Positions 28,815-36,752 of a stretch of DNA of 40,594 nucleotides are shown here, piece after piece. The translations under genes were made by a program, and so were the position numbers. The stretch comes from Escherichia phage SR04: the sequence record OQ870567.1. One strand, given 5' to 3'. Position 1 is the first letter of the stretch. The number at the start of each line of letters is the position of its first letter. Below the pieces are notes generated by a model. That model was not told the DNA's origin. It searched no databases and saw only the letters and a program-made list of their open reading frames with translations.

Positions 28815-29814
28815 TTGGTGTCTCCTCCATGTAGGTAATCTGGCAGGCCCAGCCTTTATAATAATCAGGGTCGGACTTAACGTTTTCGGTGAACTCTGAC
28901 ATTAGGGCGCGACTAATGTTAGTTGCGGAGACCTCCATCCCGTTCTCAAGCATAACGTCAAAGCCGATGACCATACCTTCGTTGGCTAGACCTTCTGTTC
29001 CCCATATAGGCCGTACAACGTGACCGTCTGCCTCTTCGCTTGGTTTCATCTTGAACATACCTGACTTCTTGCCACGCTTCCAGCGTCCCAGTGGGTCTTT
29101 AACTACCAGACCCTCATGGCCCTCTTCTCTCTTCTTCTCATACAAGTCAGTAAGCTCGTCTAAGCTAAACACTGTATGACTCTCAGATAGCACCCAGTCG
29201 ATTTCCGGGAAGTATTTCTGGAGGAGAGGGACGACAGCTTCGGCCTTCAGTCGCGTTACGCTGTGGATAGGCCCTTCAGCTTTTGGGTCGAGGATGACGT
29301 TAAGGTCAATAATCCCGTATACAACCACTTGGATGTGCTCGGCTGCCAGTAGGAACGGAAGTTTAGACTTAGCGCCTGTAGACTTACGAGGCATCTCGTC
29401 AAACTTTACGTCATTGAACTTTAGGTTATCAGGCTTCAGCCACTTCGTGCGAATAAGTCCTGAGGATGTGTTGAAGTCTACACCCTTTACCATCACCTCG
29501 CCGTCAATCATCAGGCCAGTACCTTCGTATCCAGCCTGTTTAAGGAACCATCGCCAGTCGCTAGCCTTGGCAGCACCGATGTCGTCACCGGATGTGCCCA
29601 GCCAGCTTAGGGCCGGAAGCTCTTTAGACTCACGGCTCAACCATTGAGTCTCACCAGTAGGGAAGACCGGAAGGTTCAACCGCACACCGTCATACTTCAC
29701 TTCAGCTTCCAGTGACCCAGCAGCTTCCAAAGCCTTCTTAACGCCAGACTCAGAGTAATCTACAGCGCGGTGCGGGTTAGTTTTAATAGTCGTAGTCATT
29801 ATGATTTGCTCCAT
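28744..29814 (-). CDS. ATP-dependent DNA ligase (gp1.3-like, 356 aa; start may be the second Met at 29799)
   Basis: IKTNP, adenylation motif KYDGVR, DGE.MVKGVDFNT.SGL.RTKW, EGHEGL.VKDP, RHPSF align with T7 ligase. Confidence 0.95.
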   Translation of the reverse strand: MEQIIMTTTIKTNPHRAVDYSESGVKKALEAAGSLEAEVKYDGVRLNLPVFPTGETQWLSRESKELPALSWLGTSGDDIGAAKASDWRWFLKQAGYEGTGLMIDGEVMVKGVDFNTSSGLIRTKWLKPDNLKFNDVKFDEMPRKSTGAKSKLPFLLAAEHIQVVVYGIIDLNVILDPKAEGPIHSVTRLKAEAVVPLLQKYFPEIDWVLSESHTVFSLDELTDLYEKKREEGHEGLVVKDPLGRWKRGKKSGMFKMKPSEEADGHVVRPIWGTEGLANEGMVIGFDVMLENGMEVSATNISRALMSEFTENVKSDPDYYKGWACQITYMEETPSGLLRHPSFDQWRGTEDDPTVKI

Positions 29815-30062
29815 GTGTCGAGTCGGTCAGCGAGACCGTTAAGGAAGTCGGTTGCAGTGTTGTACAGTACGTCTTCATCGTAGCGTGCGAAGGTTACAAG
29901 CGCGAAGATGTTACCAGCTCGGTCCTCGACCCTGAGTCTCATACACTCTTGGCGTGACGAAAGGTCTTGAAACTCCTGAGATATAACAGCGAAGTCTAAC
30001 TGATAAAGCCTGTTACATGCTGCTCTGAAAGCGTTGAGGTTGCCGCTATAAAGTCGGCCCAT
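29799..30062 (-). CDS. gp1.2-like protein (host dGTPase inhibitor homologue, 87 aa)
   Basis: MGRLYSGNL.AF.AA.N.L.QLD.AVI, C.RLR.EDR.GN and DEDVL.N..TD.LN align with T7 gp1.2. Confidence 0.85.
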   Translation of the reverse strand: MGRLYSGNLNAFRAACNRLYQLDFAVISQEFQDLSSRQECMRLRVEDRAGNIFALVTFARYDEDVLYNTATDFLNGLADRLDTWSKS

Positions 30063-30066
30063 AGCG

Positions 30067-30246
30067 TTATGCTCCTACGAAGTATTTCTCTTGGTTGACC
30101 ATAGAGTCTTTTCCTTCAGCGTTACGGAAAGCACCCTTGACACCACCGCCACGCTTGGTCTTGTTCAGCTTGCGGCCCTTCGGAATATAATCTTCAGTCT
30201 GCTGACGTTCACGGATGCGCTCGAAGTTGATAGTGTTCTGATACAT
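30067..30246 (-). CDS. gp1.1-like small basic protein (59 aa, MYQNTINFERIRERQQTEDYIPKGRKLNKTKRGGGVKGAFRNAEGKDSMVNQEKYFVGA)
   Basis: Hand translation; KGRKLNKTKR is shared with T7 gp1.1; AGGAG 7 nt upstream. Confidence 0.6.
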   Translation of the reverse strand: MYQNTINFERIRERQQTEDYIPKGRKLNKTKRGGGVKGAFRNAEGKDSMVNQEKYFVGA

Positions 30247-30280
30247 GGTGTAGCTCCTGATTGAATGAGTTAGGGTTAAT

Positions 30281-30320
30281 CATGAAGGCCACGACTTTGA
30301 GTCATGACCTTGAGTCTAAT
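30281..30320 (-). promoter_or_regulatory. RNase III-type processing hairpin (R1.1-like)
   Basis: Minus strand AAGGUCAUGAC-UCAAA-GUCGUGGCCUU, an 11-bp stem; same position and stem sequence as T7 R1.1. Confidence 0.5.
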
Positions 30321-30339
30321 CCTATAGTGATAGTTTAGG
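30317..30339 (-). promoter_or_regulatory. Phage RNAP promoter (phi1.1-like)
   Basis: Minus strand CCCTAAACTATCACTATAGGATTAG. Confidence 0.7.
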
Positions 30340-30414
30340 GTTAACCTCTTCTGCGTTGGATTAAAGTGAATACTGCGAGTGCTCCTAGCCACAAGGCCAG
30401 TGACTGTAGGTCTG

Positions 30415-30615
30415 TCATTTGGTTGCCTCTTCCCGTAGGGCCTTCTCGTGTGACCACTGGATTACCTGAATCAGCTCCTTTTGGCTGATACCCTTGGCAT
30501 TAGCTGTTCCAGTCGGGACCATAGTAACCTTTACCAGACCCTTGCCAGCCACCGTGGTTACGGTCACTACCTTGTTGCCGCCAGATACGTTTGATACACG
30601 GTGTGCGAATTGCAT
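30415..30615 (-). CDS. Hypothetical protein (66 aa) immediately downstream of the RNAP gene
   Basis: ATG start with AGGAG RBS; before the phi1.1-like promoter. Confidence 0.5.
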   Translation of the reverse strand: MQFAHRVSNVSGGNKVVTVTTVAGKGLVKVTMVPTGTANAKGISQKELIQVIQWSHEKALREEATK

Positions 30616-30633
30616 GTTGTCTCTCCTGTGTTA

Positions 30634-33315
30634 TTAAGCGAATGCAAAGTCTGAAGACAAGATGTCCTCAATATTCAGTTTACCTTTCTTCGGAAGCTCA
30701 GGCAACTTGTCGCGCTGGCTCTCATGAAGCTGGTATTCAAACTGCTCGTAGAAGTCAAGCAGCACATCGTTGTCGCGGTAGGTCTCGACCATCGTCTCAC
30801 GGATACCACGGAACAGATACTCAGCGTCAGCCGGGATGGTCCCGAAGCTATCATGAATCACTGCGAATGACATCACGCCATACTTTCGGTGCGTGTGGAC
30901 TACAGTCTTGCGGAGGTGGCTACCATCTTGTGAGTGGACGAAGTTCGGGCTAATGCCTGACTCCTGCTTGTGCTTGTCAAGCTCTTTCTTCGTGCCTTTG
31001 TTGACCGTAGGTTGAAGGTTGAATGACCCTAAGAACATCAGATTCAGACGAGTGGTATCCTTCTTGCGGTATTCCTGCCAGACCGGGAAACCATCAGGTG
31101 TTACCCAATGTACCGGAAGGCAAGGCTTCAGGATTTCTCCAGTCTTCTTGTCCTTCACTTCAGCAGCCAGCAGCTTGGCAGCACCCTGAAGCCACTTCAT
31201 CGCGTCAACCGCAGCAACTACGGTCACGCTCACAGCTTCCCAAATCATCTTAGCCATGAAGCGGGACGCTTGGCTTGGTTCGGTGAACATAGCGCCAGAC
31301 CCTGAGTCAATCGCCGGCATCACGATGTCCTCGTAAACTTGGTCAGCGAAGCCGTACTCTTTCGACCCGTATGCCAGAGTCATGACTGAACGCTTAGTGA
31401 CCTTGCGTGACATACCGTATGTCAACCACTGACGGGCCAGCTCTCGTGTCCCCAGCTTGATACGTTCGGTAATCTCACCAGTTTTCTTATCCTCGTGAGT
31501 GACCATCTCGTTGTCAGTACCGGTAATCAGCAGGACTTTAAGCTCCTCCTCAATGCGGTCAGACACAATGCGGTAGATGTCTTGTACCATGCCGGATGGC
31601 GTCAGGTTTACTGCATGTCCACCGATGTGGTCACGAAGCATCGCACTGAAGTGCTGAATACCAGAGCATGACCCATCGAACGCTATCGGCAGTGAGCAGG
31701 AGTAAGACAATCCGTGGCGCATTACACCAGCATACTCGAAGCAGAACGCAAGGAAGCAGAACGGAGAGTCTAACTTGCCCCACCACTCAATACTATCCAT
31801 CGGTGCCTTAGCAGCAGCCATGATGTTTTCGTGGTTGTCTTCCACCCACTTGATGCGCTCCTCGAAGGTGACTTTATCAACACCCGCGCAGTTTGCACCA
31901 TGGACCTTCAGCCATTTGAAACCGTCAGCACCAATAGGCTTACCGACTGCCAGAGTCAGGAGACCCTTCTGCATGTCGTTACCCTGAGGGTTGAACATCG
32001 GCACAGCGTAGACTCGACCGCGCCAGTCCATGTTGTATGGAAACCAGATGGCCTTGAACTGAGAGAACTTATTCGCTTGGTTGATGATAAAGCTCAGTGA
32101 TAATCTGCGTGACTGTCGGGCCTTCTCGCGGCGATAGATACCAGCAGCAGCCTTCTTCCATGCCTTGAGTTCCTCCTCGGTCTCACCAGCATAGTCCTCA
32201 GGCTTCAGCGGTTCCATCTGAGGGATGTCATCAATAGGCGTGTTGTTCAGCTTCTCGACCATGTTCACCACGTTCAATACCTTCTTGTTCACTTTCCAAG
32301 GTGTATTTTGAATGATGTTCACAGCGTCATAGACTTCAGGCATGTACACGTCTTCATAACGTGCTACCGCAGACTTAGACCCTAAGCGAATCAATGGTAA
32401 CGGTCTGCGACCTTTGGCCCAGTACCCACCGCCTACTACACCAGTCCACGGTTTAGGTGGAACGACGCAAGGCTGATAGACTGGCGCAATACCCGCAAGG
32501 CTGAATCCACGTTGTGCCATCTTCTTTACCCAGAAGTCTGACAGGTGGACCATCTCAACGTCAGCCGCCGCATTGCCAGCACCATAACGCTTAAGCTCGA
32601 CCAGTTGTGTGGACTGGATGACAATCTCGAGCATCTTGATGCCAACGTGTACCGCTTCGGTCGGACTCCAAGTCCCCCACGCATCTTCCAGTTGGCCTTG
32701 CTCCAGCATGGATGCCTCTACAGCTTGCATGTAGGCTTTCTTGTAGGATGCCCCAGCTCGCTTGTTCAGGTTCTCAGCTATCGCCTTCTTGAAGTGCTCC
32801 TTCTCCTTGTCACGGATGCGACCGAAGCGGATTTCGTCCTCAAGTGTGCGACCTAACGCTGAGGCCATAGGTGTAATCGGTATCCCTTCAGGCTTGACCA
32901 GCTTGGAGAGTATGACCTTCAGTATGATAACCGCAGCGGACTCACAGGAGATGCGCATAGAGCGGTCCTTGACGGCCTTCTCTTCAGTGCTCAACGTGGT
33001 GAACGCTACGCTAGGACGAGAGGTTGACAGCTTCCCGTCTTGGCCTTCGTGCCACTCCTTGACTGCTTGCGCAATCTTAGGCACCAGAGTCTGCATCAAA
33101 GGCTTGGCGACCTGATTGTCTGCCAGTTCCCCGCGCTCGGTCTGGCGCTCAAGGTTCTTGATGAAACGTCGCTCGCCTTCTGTGTAGGCCTCATGCTCAA
33201 GCTGAAGCTGTTTGACTGCAAGGTCTTGCCCGTAGTGGTCTGCCAGCAGGTTAAACGGCTCAATGGCGTTCGACACATCAGAGAAGTCGTGTTTATCAAT
33301 AGAGATGACGCTCAT
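30634..33315 (-). CDS. DNA-directed RNA polymerase, single-subunit (gp1-like, 893 aa)
   Basis: Near-collinear with T7 RNAP: DFSD, PFN.LADHYG, FQPCVVPPKPWTG, WFPYNMDWRGRVYA, FDGSCSGIQHFSAMLRD, HDSFGTIPADA, C-terminal FAFA. Confidence 0.97.
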   Translation of the reverse strand: MSVISIDKHDFSDVSNAIEPFNLLADHYGQDLAVKQLQLEHEAYTEGERRFIKNLERQTERGELADNQVAKPLMQTLVPKIAQAVKEWHEGQDGKLSTSRPSVAFTTLSTEEKAVKDRSMRISCESAAVIILKVILSKLVKPEGIPITPMASALGRTLEDEIRFGRIRDKEKEHFKKAIAENLNKRAGASYKKAYMQAVEASMLEQGQLEDAWGTWSPTEAVHVGIKMLEIVIQSTQLVELKRYGAGNAAADVEMVHLSDFWVKKMAQRGFSLAGIAPVYQPCVVPPKPWTGVVGGGYWAKGRRPLPLIRLGSKSAVARYEDVYMPEVYDAVNIIQNTPWKVNKKVLNVVNMVEKLNNTPIDDIPQMEPLKPEDYAGETEEELKAWKKAAAGIYRREKARQSRRLSLSFIINQANKFSQFKAIWFPYNMDWRGRVYAVPMFNPQGNDMQKGLLTLAVGKPIGADGFKWLKVHGANCAGVDKVTFEERIKWVEDNHENIMAAAKAPMDSIEWWGKLDSPFCFLAFCFEYAGVMRHGLSYSCSLPIAFDGSCSGIQHFSAMLRDHIGGHAVNLTPSGMVQDIYRIVSDRIEEELKVLLITGTDNEMVTHEDKKTGEITERIKLGTRELARQWLTYGMSRKVTKRSVMTLAYGSKEYGFADQVYEDIVMPAIDSGSGAMFTEPSQASRFMAKMIWEAVSVTVVAAVDAMKWLQGAAKLLAAEVKDKKTGEILKPCLPVHWVTPDGFPVWQEYRKKDTTRLNLMFLGSFNLQPTVNKGTKKELDKHKQESGISPNFVHSQDGSHLRKTVVHTHRKYGVMSFAVIHDSFGTIPADAEYLFRGIRETMVETYRDNDVLLDFYEQFEYQLHESQRDKLPELPKKGKLNIEDILSSDFAFA

Positions 33316-33384
33316 ACTTAAAGTCCTTGTTATTAGTCTTTCACTTAAAGTCTCTTTGGTCTTTCACTTGGAGTCTTAGACCTT

Positions 33385-33407
33385 GAGTCCTATAGTGATA
33401 GTTAAGT
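33385..33407 (-). promoter_or_regulatory. Phage RNAP promoter about 75 nt upstream of the RNAP gene
   Basis: Minus strand ACTTAACTATCACTATAGGACTC; full match to the promoter core. Confidence 0.6.
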
Positions 33408-33412
33408 CATAA

Positions 33413-33673
33413 TTACTTGCATATCAGTGGGTTAGCGTGAAGATGACTGAAGTCACCGTGAGTCGTGTGCTTGATGTCTGACCGTTGGTCTATCGCCTTC
33501 CAGCCTGAGACTAAAAGTTTACCATCGTCAGTGATCGGTCGTCCACCAAACGCCAGACTCATCAGTTCGTACTTATTGCCCTCAGCCCTCATGCGGCGAT
33601 GTAAGAACACGTCACGCTCTATTTGCTCTACACGGCTACGGATAGATGGTTTGTTAATGTATACGGTTTTCAT
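33413..33673 (-). CDS. Hypothetical early protein (86 aa), at the position of the T7 gene 0.7 kinase but not a kinase
   Basis: ORF with a TAATG overlap to the upstream gene; no kinase motifs. Confidence 0.5.
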   Translation of the reverse strand: MKTVYINKPSIRSRVEQIERDVFLHRRMRAEGNKYELMSLAFGGRPITDDGKLLVSGWKAIDQRSDIKHTTHGDFSHLHANPLICK

Positions 33674-33870
33674 TACAGTTTGCTCCCAATAGTTGCTATA
33701 TCCCAGACGTTCGCTAAGTTGCGCATGAATCGTCCGTTAGGTTGACGTACAGTCCAGCGGACCATACGTACATAGTTGAATTTATAGACTTTACGCGCTT
33801 TGTTGATGTCTCTCACCAGCACGTAGGCGATAAGTCCATAGCCTATGGCTATCAATAATGAAGATATCAT
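33673..33870 (-). CDS. Small early membrane protein (65 aa, MISSLLIAIGYGLIAYVLV...)
   Basis: N-terminal transmembrane segment; ATGA overlap with the preceding small ORF. Confidence 0.5.
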   Translation of the reverse strand: MISSLLIAIGYGLIAYVLVRDINKARKVYKFNYVRMVRWTVRQPNGRFMRNLANVWDIATIGSKL

Positions 33871-33956
33871 AGTGATTTCCGTTTAATACAATCGTATACC
33901 CCATAACCTATCATCAAGATAACTGGCGCTAGACATACCCAGTAACCGATGTTCAT
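33867..33956 (-). CDS. Small early membrane peptide (29 aa, MNIGYWVCLAPVILMIGYGVYDCIKRKSL)
   Basis: Hand translation; GGAG 6 nt upstream; shares an IGYG motif with the next ORF. Confidence 0.4.
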   Translation of the reverse strand: MNIGYWVCLAPVILMIGYGVYDCIKRKSL

Positions 33957-33984
33957 AATTAACTCCTATCAATTTAAGTGATAA

Positions 33985-34015
33985 TCTTTGAGGCCACCTA
34001 TCAGTCGTGACCTCT
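33985..34015 (-). promoter_or_regulatory. Hairpin GAGGUCAC-loop-GGUGGCCUC, possible RNase III site in the early transcript
   Basis: Related to the AAGGUCA...UGGCCUU hairpin family; intergenic. Confidence 0.3.
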
Positions 34016-34021
34016 CGTCTA

Positions 34022-34171
34022 TCACTCAGTGTGTAAGCTGTCGTGCATACGTTTGCGGCGCTTATAGACCACCTTCAGGAGACGCATAGACTCCTCGTGG
34101 TTTAATCGCCCGGTCTTGACCATAAGCCGGGCGGTGGTGACGTGGTGCTGGCAGAGACCATAAGTTACCAT
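34022..34171 (-). CDS. Small basic early protein (49 aa, MVTYGLCQHHVTTARLMVKTGRLNHEESMRLLKVVYKRRKRMHDSLHTE)
   Basis: Hand translation; TGATG overlap with the ocr stop; GAGGAGG 8 nt upstream. Confidence 0.45.
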   Translation of the reverse strand: MVTYGLCQHHVTTARLMVKTGRLNHEESMRLLKVVYKRRKRMHDSLHTE

Positions 34172-34506
34172 CACTCGCAGTCCTCCTCTTCAGCCTCAAA
34201 CCAGACCACCTCAGAGCTATTAGACACATCGTTATACAATGCCTCATAGATGCGAGCTTGTAGTATACGCGTTATGTCCTTGGTCTCAGGCATCAGCCCA
34301 GAGTCTTCGAACTCATGGTCAATACCATCAGCAGCCATCACCGTGAAAATCTCGTGGTAATAGTGCGGAACATTACCGTCTACGACCTCATGTAGCGCAT
34401 CGCTGTAGTCATCGCCTTCAGCTATTTCGTCGCACTGAATACGCTCATTGAACAGCTCAACGGTTGCAGCCAGCAGCTCATAGTATGCGTTAGCGTTACG
34501 TTCCAT
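34171..34506 (-). CDS. ocr: Ocr-like anti-restriction protein (gp0.3 homologue, DNA mimic, 111 aa)
   Basis: D...A.H...D..VPHYY..IF.VMA..GID.EFEDSGLMP.TKD..RILQARIYE and an acidic C-terminus align with T7 Ocr. Confidence 0.85.
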   Translation of the reverse strand: MERNANAYYELLAATVELFNERIQCDEIAEGDDYSDALHEVVDGNVPHYYHEIFTVMAADGIDHEFEDSGLMPETKDITRILQARIYEALYNDVSNSSEVVWFEAEEEDCE

Positions 34507-34579
34507 AGTTATATCCTCTCAGTTGTTAGTGACTATCAGTCAGGCCGCTATGAGTCTAACGACCTGTAGTTAATCACTC

Positions 34580-34834
34580 TCAGTTAGCGAAATAAGGAGC
34601 TGAGACGCCAGCTGTAGGACTCACGGCTATCTGCGCGTCTATCAGGTAGGTCTCGTTATCTATACGCACAGTATCTACGCTGTAGTTGCTGAACGGCTTG
34701 CTTGAGACCTTGCGCACTACCACACGGTGACGCGCTCCTGTCATCTCTTTAAGCTGAATCCACGCATAACCTTTAGTGTTCACGAATACTTCATTACGAT
34801 TAGTGATTGTGCTTAAGTGTTTCATAGTGTCCAT
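34580..34834 (-). CDS. Hypothetical early protein (84 aa; start possibly the second Met), first gene after the early promoter
   Basis: ORF upstream of ocr, preceded by a repeated hairpin element. Confidence 0.45.
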   Translation of the reverse strand: MDTMKHLSTITNRNEVFVNTKGYAWIQLKEMTGARHRVVVRKVSSKPFSNYSVDTVRIDNETYLIDAQIAVSPTAGVSAPYFAN

Positions 34835-35012
34835 CCGTTAAGTTAGTGACTATCAGTCAGGGCCTTTGAGTCTACATCTGAAGGCCCTGTAGTTAGTCGC
34901 TATCGGCGTACATTAAGAGTTTATCCAGATTGTTAAAGAGCATTCCCTTCAGTCAGAGGACTTCAGGTAGACCATTTCAGTGTTGGTCATCACCGTTGTT
35001 TCGATGTGGTAC

Positions 35013-35042
35013 AGCTTACATCGTATCGTTACATCTTGTCAA
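35013..35042 (-). promoter_or_regulatory. Sigma70 early promoter (A3-like): -35 TTGACA, 18-nt spacer, -10 TAAGCT
   Basis: Minus strand GTAGTTGACAAGATGTAACGATACGATGTAAGCTGTACCACATCG resembles the T7 A3 promoter region. Confidence 0.45.
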
Positions 35043-35399
35043 CTACTTTCTGTCATCTGCCTGTTGTTCGTATGACTGATCAGGCTGTCTACTTAACCGG
35101 GATGATCCGGCGTCTTCACTATCCGGTTGTTGCCGTGTCGTGTTGACGGAAGCTATTAAGCCATAGCCTAGACCTATAGTCAATAGGTAATTTGAAATAA
35201 TATTGATTAAGCTATCGTCGGCCTCATGGTTTAAGAGGATATAGTCTTTGACTAACATGTCTTTGACCTTAAGTCTATAGCTTTGTGTCTATTAACTGTT
35301 GGTATCTGACTGTAGGTGTTGGTGTCTTATGGTTGAGACTGTAGGTTAGTGAGACTGTAGGTTAGTTAGACTGTAGGTGTAGGACGTAATGTTATACTA

Positions 35400-35619
35400 T
35401 AACACTATACAGATAGAGACTCAGAGACAGACCTATAGCCCCTACCTATCGTCCTTCCCTAAGCCATAGCCTAGACCTATCGTTGACCTGAAGTCCTGAC
35501 CATCGGTCCAACCTTATGACAGACTGGCTGTGACTGCAAGGAGCAGTAACTGGGGTAGGGCCTTTTGTCTGGACTGAAAGAGGGCCTATGGGGAGACTTG
35601 AGGTTCTTGAACTGTGAGA
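35400..35619. repeat. Predicted genome terminus and direct terminal repeat (collapsed to one copy in this circular assembly)
   Basis: Minus strand from about 35619 reads TCTCACAGTTCAAGAACCTCAAGTCTCCCCATAGG, like the T7 left end TCTCACAGTGTACGGACCTAAAGTTCCCCCATAGG. It is flanked by CCTACAG repeat clusters (35308-35382 and 35655-35703), analogous to the T7 CCTAAAG arrays. Confidence 0.4.
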
Positions 35620-35856
35620 TGTGGTCTCAAACTTTTGGTCCAAAACTCATCGTCACTACTGTAGGCCACAGCCACTGTAGGTCAAGGACCGTAGGTCAGG
35701 CGACACTAGGATAGACCAATAAGTAGGATGACCCTAAGTGAGCTTCTCTTAAGGTGTTACCTAAAGTCCTTGACTGCAGTAGCTAAGGTCAGTAGAGTAG
35801 CGTCAGCTATGAACTGACCTTAGGTCTTCCGCTCATGAATCGTTACCATGATTGCG

Positions 35857-36015
35857 TTAATTACACTGAGAGACCAGAGAGCATACGAGAGTCTCGACCC
35901 ACCCGACCCACTGACTTCCAGCAGTAACGCCAGCAGCAAGTAGAACAGCAGCAAGAAACCTGTATGTAGCTCGATTGGTCGCCAGAGCTTTAAGTACAGC
36001 TTTGGTCTTTGCCAT
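35857..36015 (-). CDS. gp19.5-like small protein (52 aa, MAKTKAVLKALATNRATYRFLAAVLLAAGVTAGSQWVGWVETLVCSLVSQCN)
   Basis: Hand translation; the TYRFL motif and position after the phiOR-like promoter match T7 gp19.5. Confidence 0.55.
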   Translation of the reverse strand: MAKTKAVLKALATNRATYRFLAAVLLAAGVTAGSQWVGWVETLVCSLVSQCN

Positions 36016-36160
36016 ATGCTACATACCTCCTGTATCTATGGTCGGTGACTATCTGTATTGGAGGGATTATGATTAATATCACCTCCTCTATAGGGAGACT
36101 TAGAGTCTTATCTATATGCTAACTTTTAGTCGGCATACTATAAGGTCCCCCTAGGTCCCC

Positions 36161-36183
36161 CATCCCTATAGTGATAGTTAAGT
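36161..36183 (-). promoter_or_regulatory. Phage RNAP promoter (phiOR-like) between the terminase/HNH genes and gene 19.5
   Basis: Minus strand TTAACTATCACTATAGGGATGGG. Confidence 0.7.
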
Positions 36184-36196
36184 TAACCTATTGAAT

Positions 36197-36739
36197 TTAC
36201 TTGTGGTTTCTCTTGGCCCTATCACGCTTAGGGGACCGTAGGGAAACAGCGTACTCCTTGTGCTTCTCTTCACGTAGTGCTGTCAGCCATGCTTCAAGTT
36301 CTATCACAGAGTCGGAAGTCTTTGTGTAGCACTTACCCTTAAGTCGCAACTGAGCGCGATACTTTCCGGTAGGCTTGAAGAAGCTGATACCCTTAGGGAG
36401 ACCATTAGTCTCGCCACCTCCTGAGTTCCATCTGTTCTCCAATGCTGTTACTAACCTGTAGTTATCCGGCCTGTCATCAAGCCTATCACCATTGATATGG
36501 TCAACCATCATGCCAGAAGGTATTCGACCAACGGCTAGGCTGTAGATGATTCTGGCACGTCTATAGCGACTACCAAGGACCTTCACGATTGCGTACCCAG
36601 ACGGATGGACTGAATGTCCCATGACCTCGCCTGGCTTCTTGTTAGAGCCTTTATAGGGCTTCTTGCACACCAACTCACCATCTACATAAGCATAGTGATT
36701 AAAGAGGGCCACCCTGTCGATGGCCTTCTGTTTACTCAT
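36197..36739 (-). CDS. HNH homing endonuclease 2 (180 aa)
   Basis: HNH motif MVDHINGDRLDDRPDNYRLVTALEN; GGAGG RBS 6 nt before the ATG. Confidence 0.8.
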   Translation of the reverse strand: MSKQKAIDRVALFNHYAYVDGELVCKKPYKGSNKKPGEVMGHSVHPSGYAIVKVLGSRYRRARIIYSLAVGRIPSGMMVDHINGDRLDDRPDNYRLVTALENRWNSGGGETNGLPKGISFFKPTGKYRAQLRLKGKCYTKTSDSVIELEAWLTALREEKHKEYAVSLRSPKRDRAKRNHK

Positions 36740-36752
36740 ATTTCTCCTCCTA

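Noticed and set aside
30341-30418. 25-aa minus-strand ORF (MTDLQSLALWLGALAVFTLIQRRRG) between the 66-aa ORF and the phi1.1-like promoter
   Set aside because: Weak RBS, very short and abuts the promoter; kept out of the feature list.
35043-35643. ORFs 35043-35258 and 35446-35643 on the minus strand
   Set aside because: They fall in the terminal-repeat and early-promoter region, which is noncoding in T7-like phages; no RBS and low-complexity repeat content.
35308-35703. Short direct repeats (CTGTAGG and relatives) as a possible CRISPR array
   Set aside because: Units are only about 7-12 bp, irregularly spaced, with no spacer structure; they match T7-type terminal heptamer arrays.
36080-36105. 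Plus-strand CCTCTATAGGGAGACT resembling the 3' half of a T7 promoter
   Set aside because: It is on the non-coding strand and lacks the conserved -17 to -8 region (ATATCACCTCCTC instead of CTAAACTATCAC); probably a remnant or chance match.
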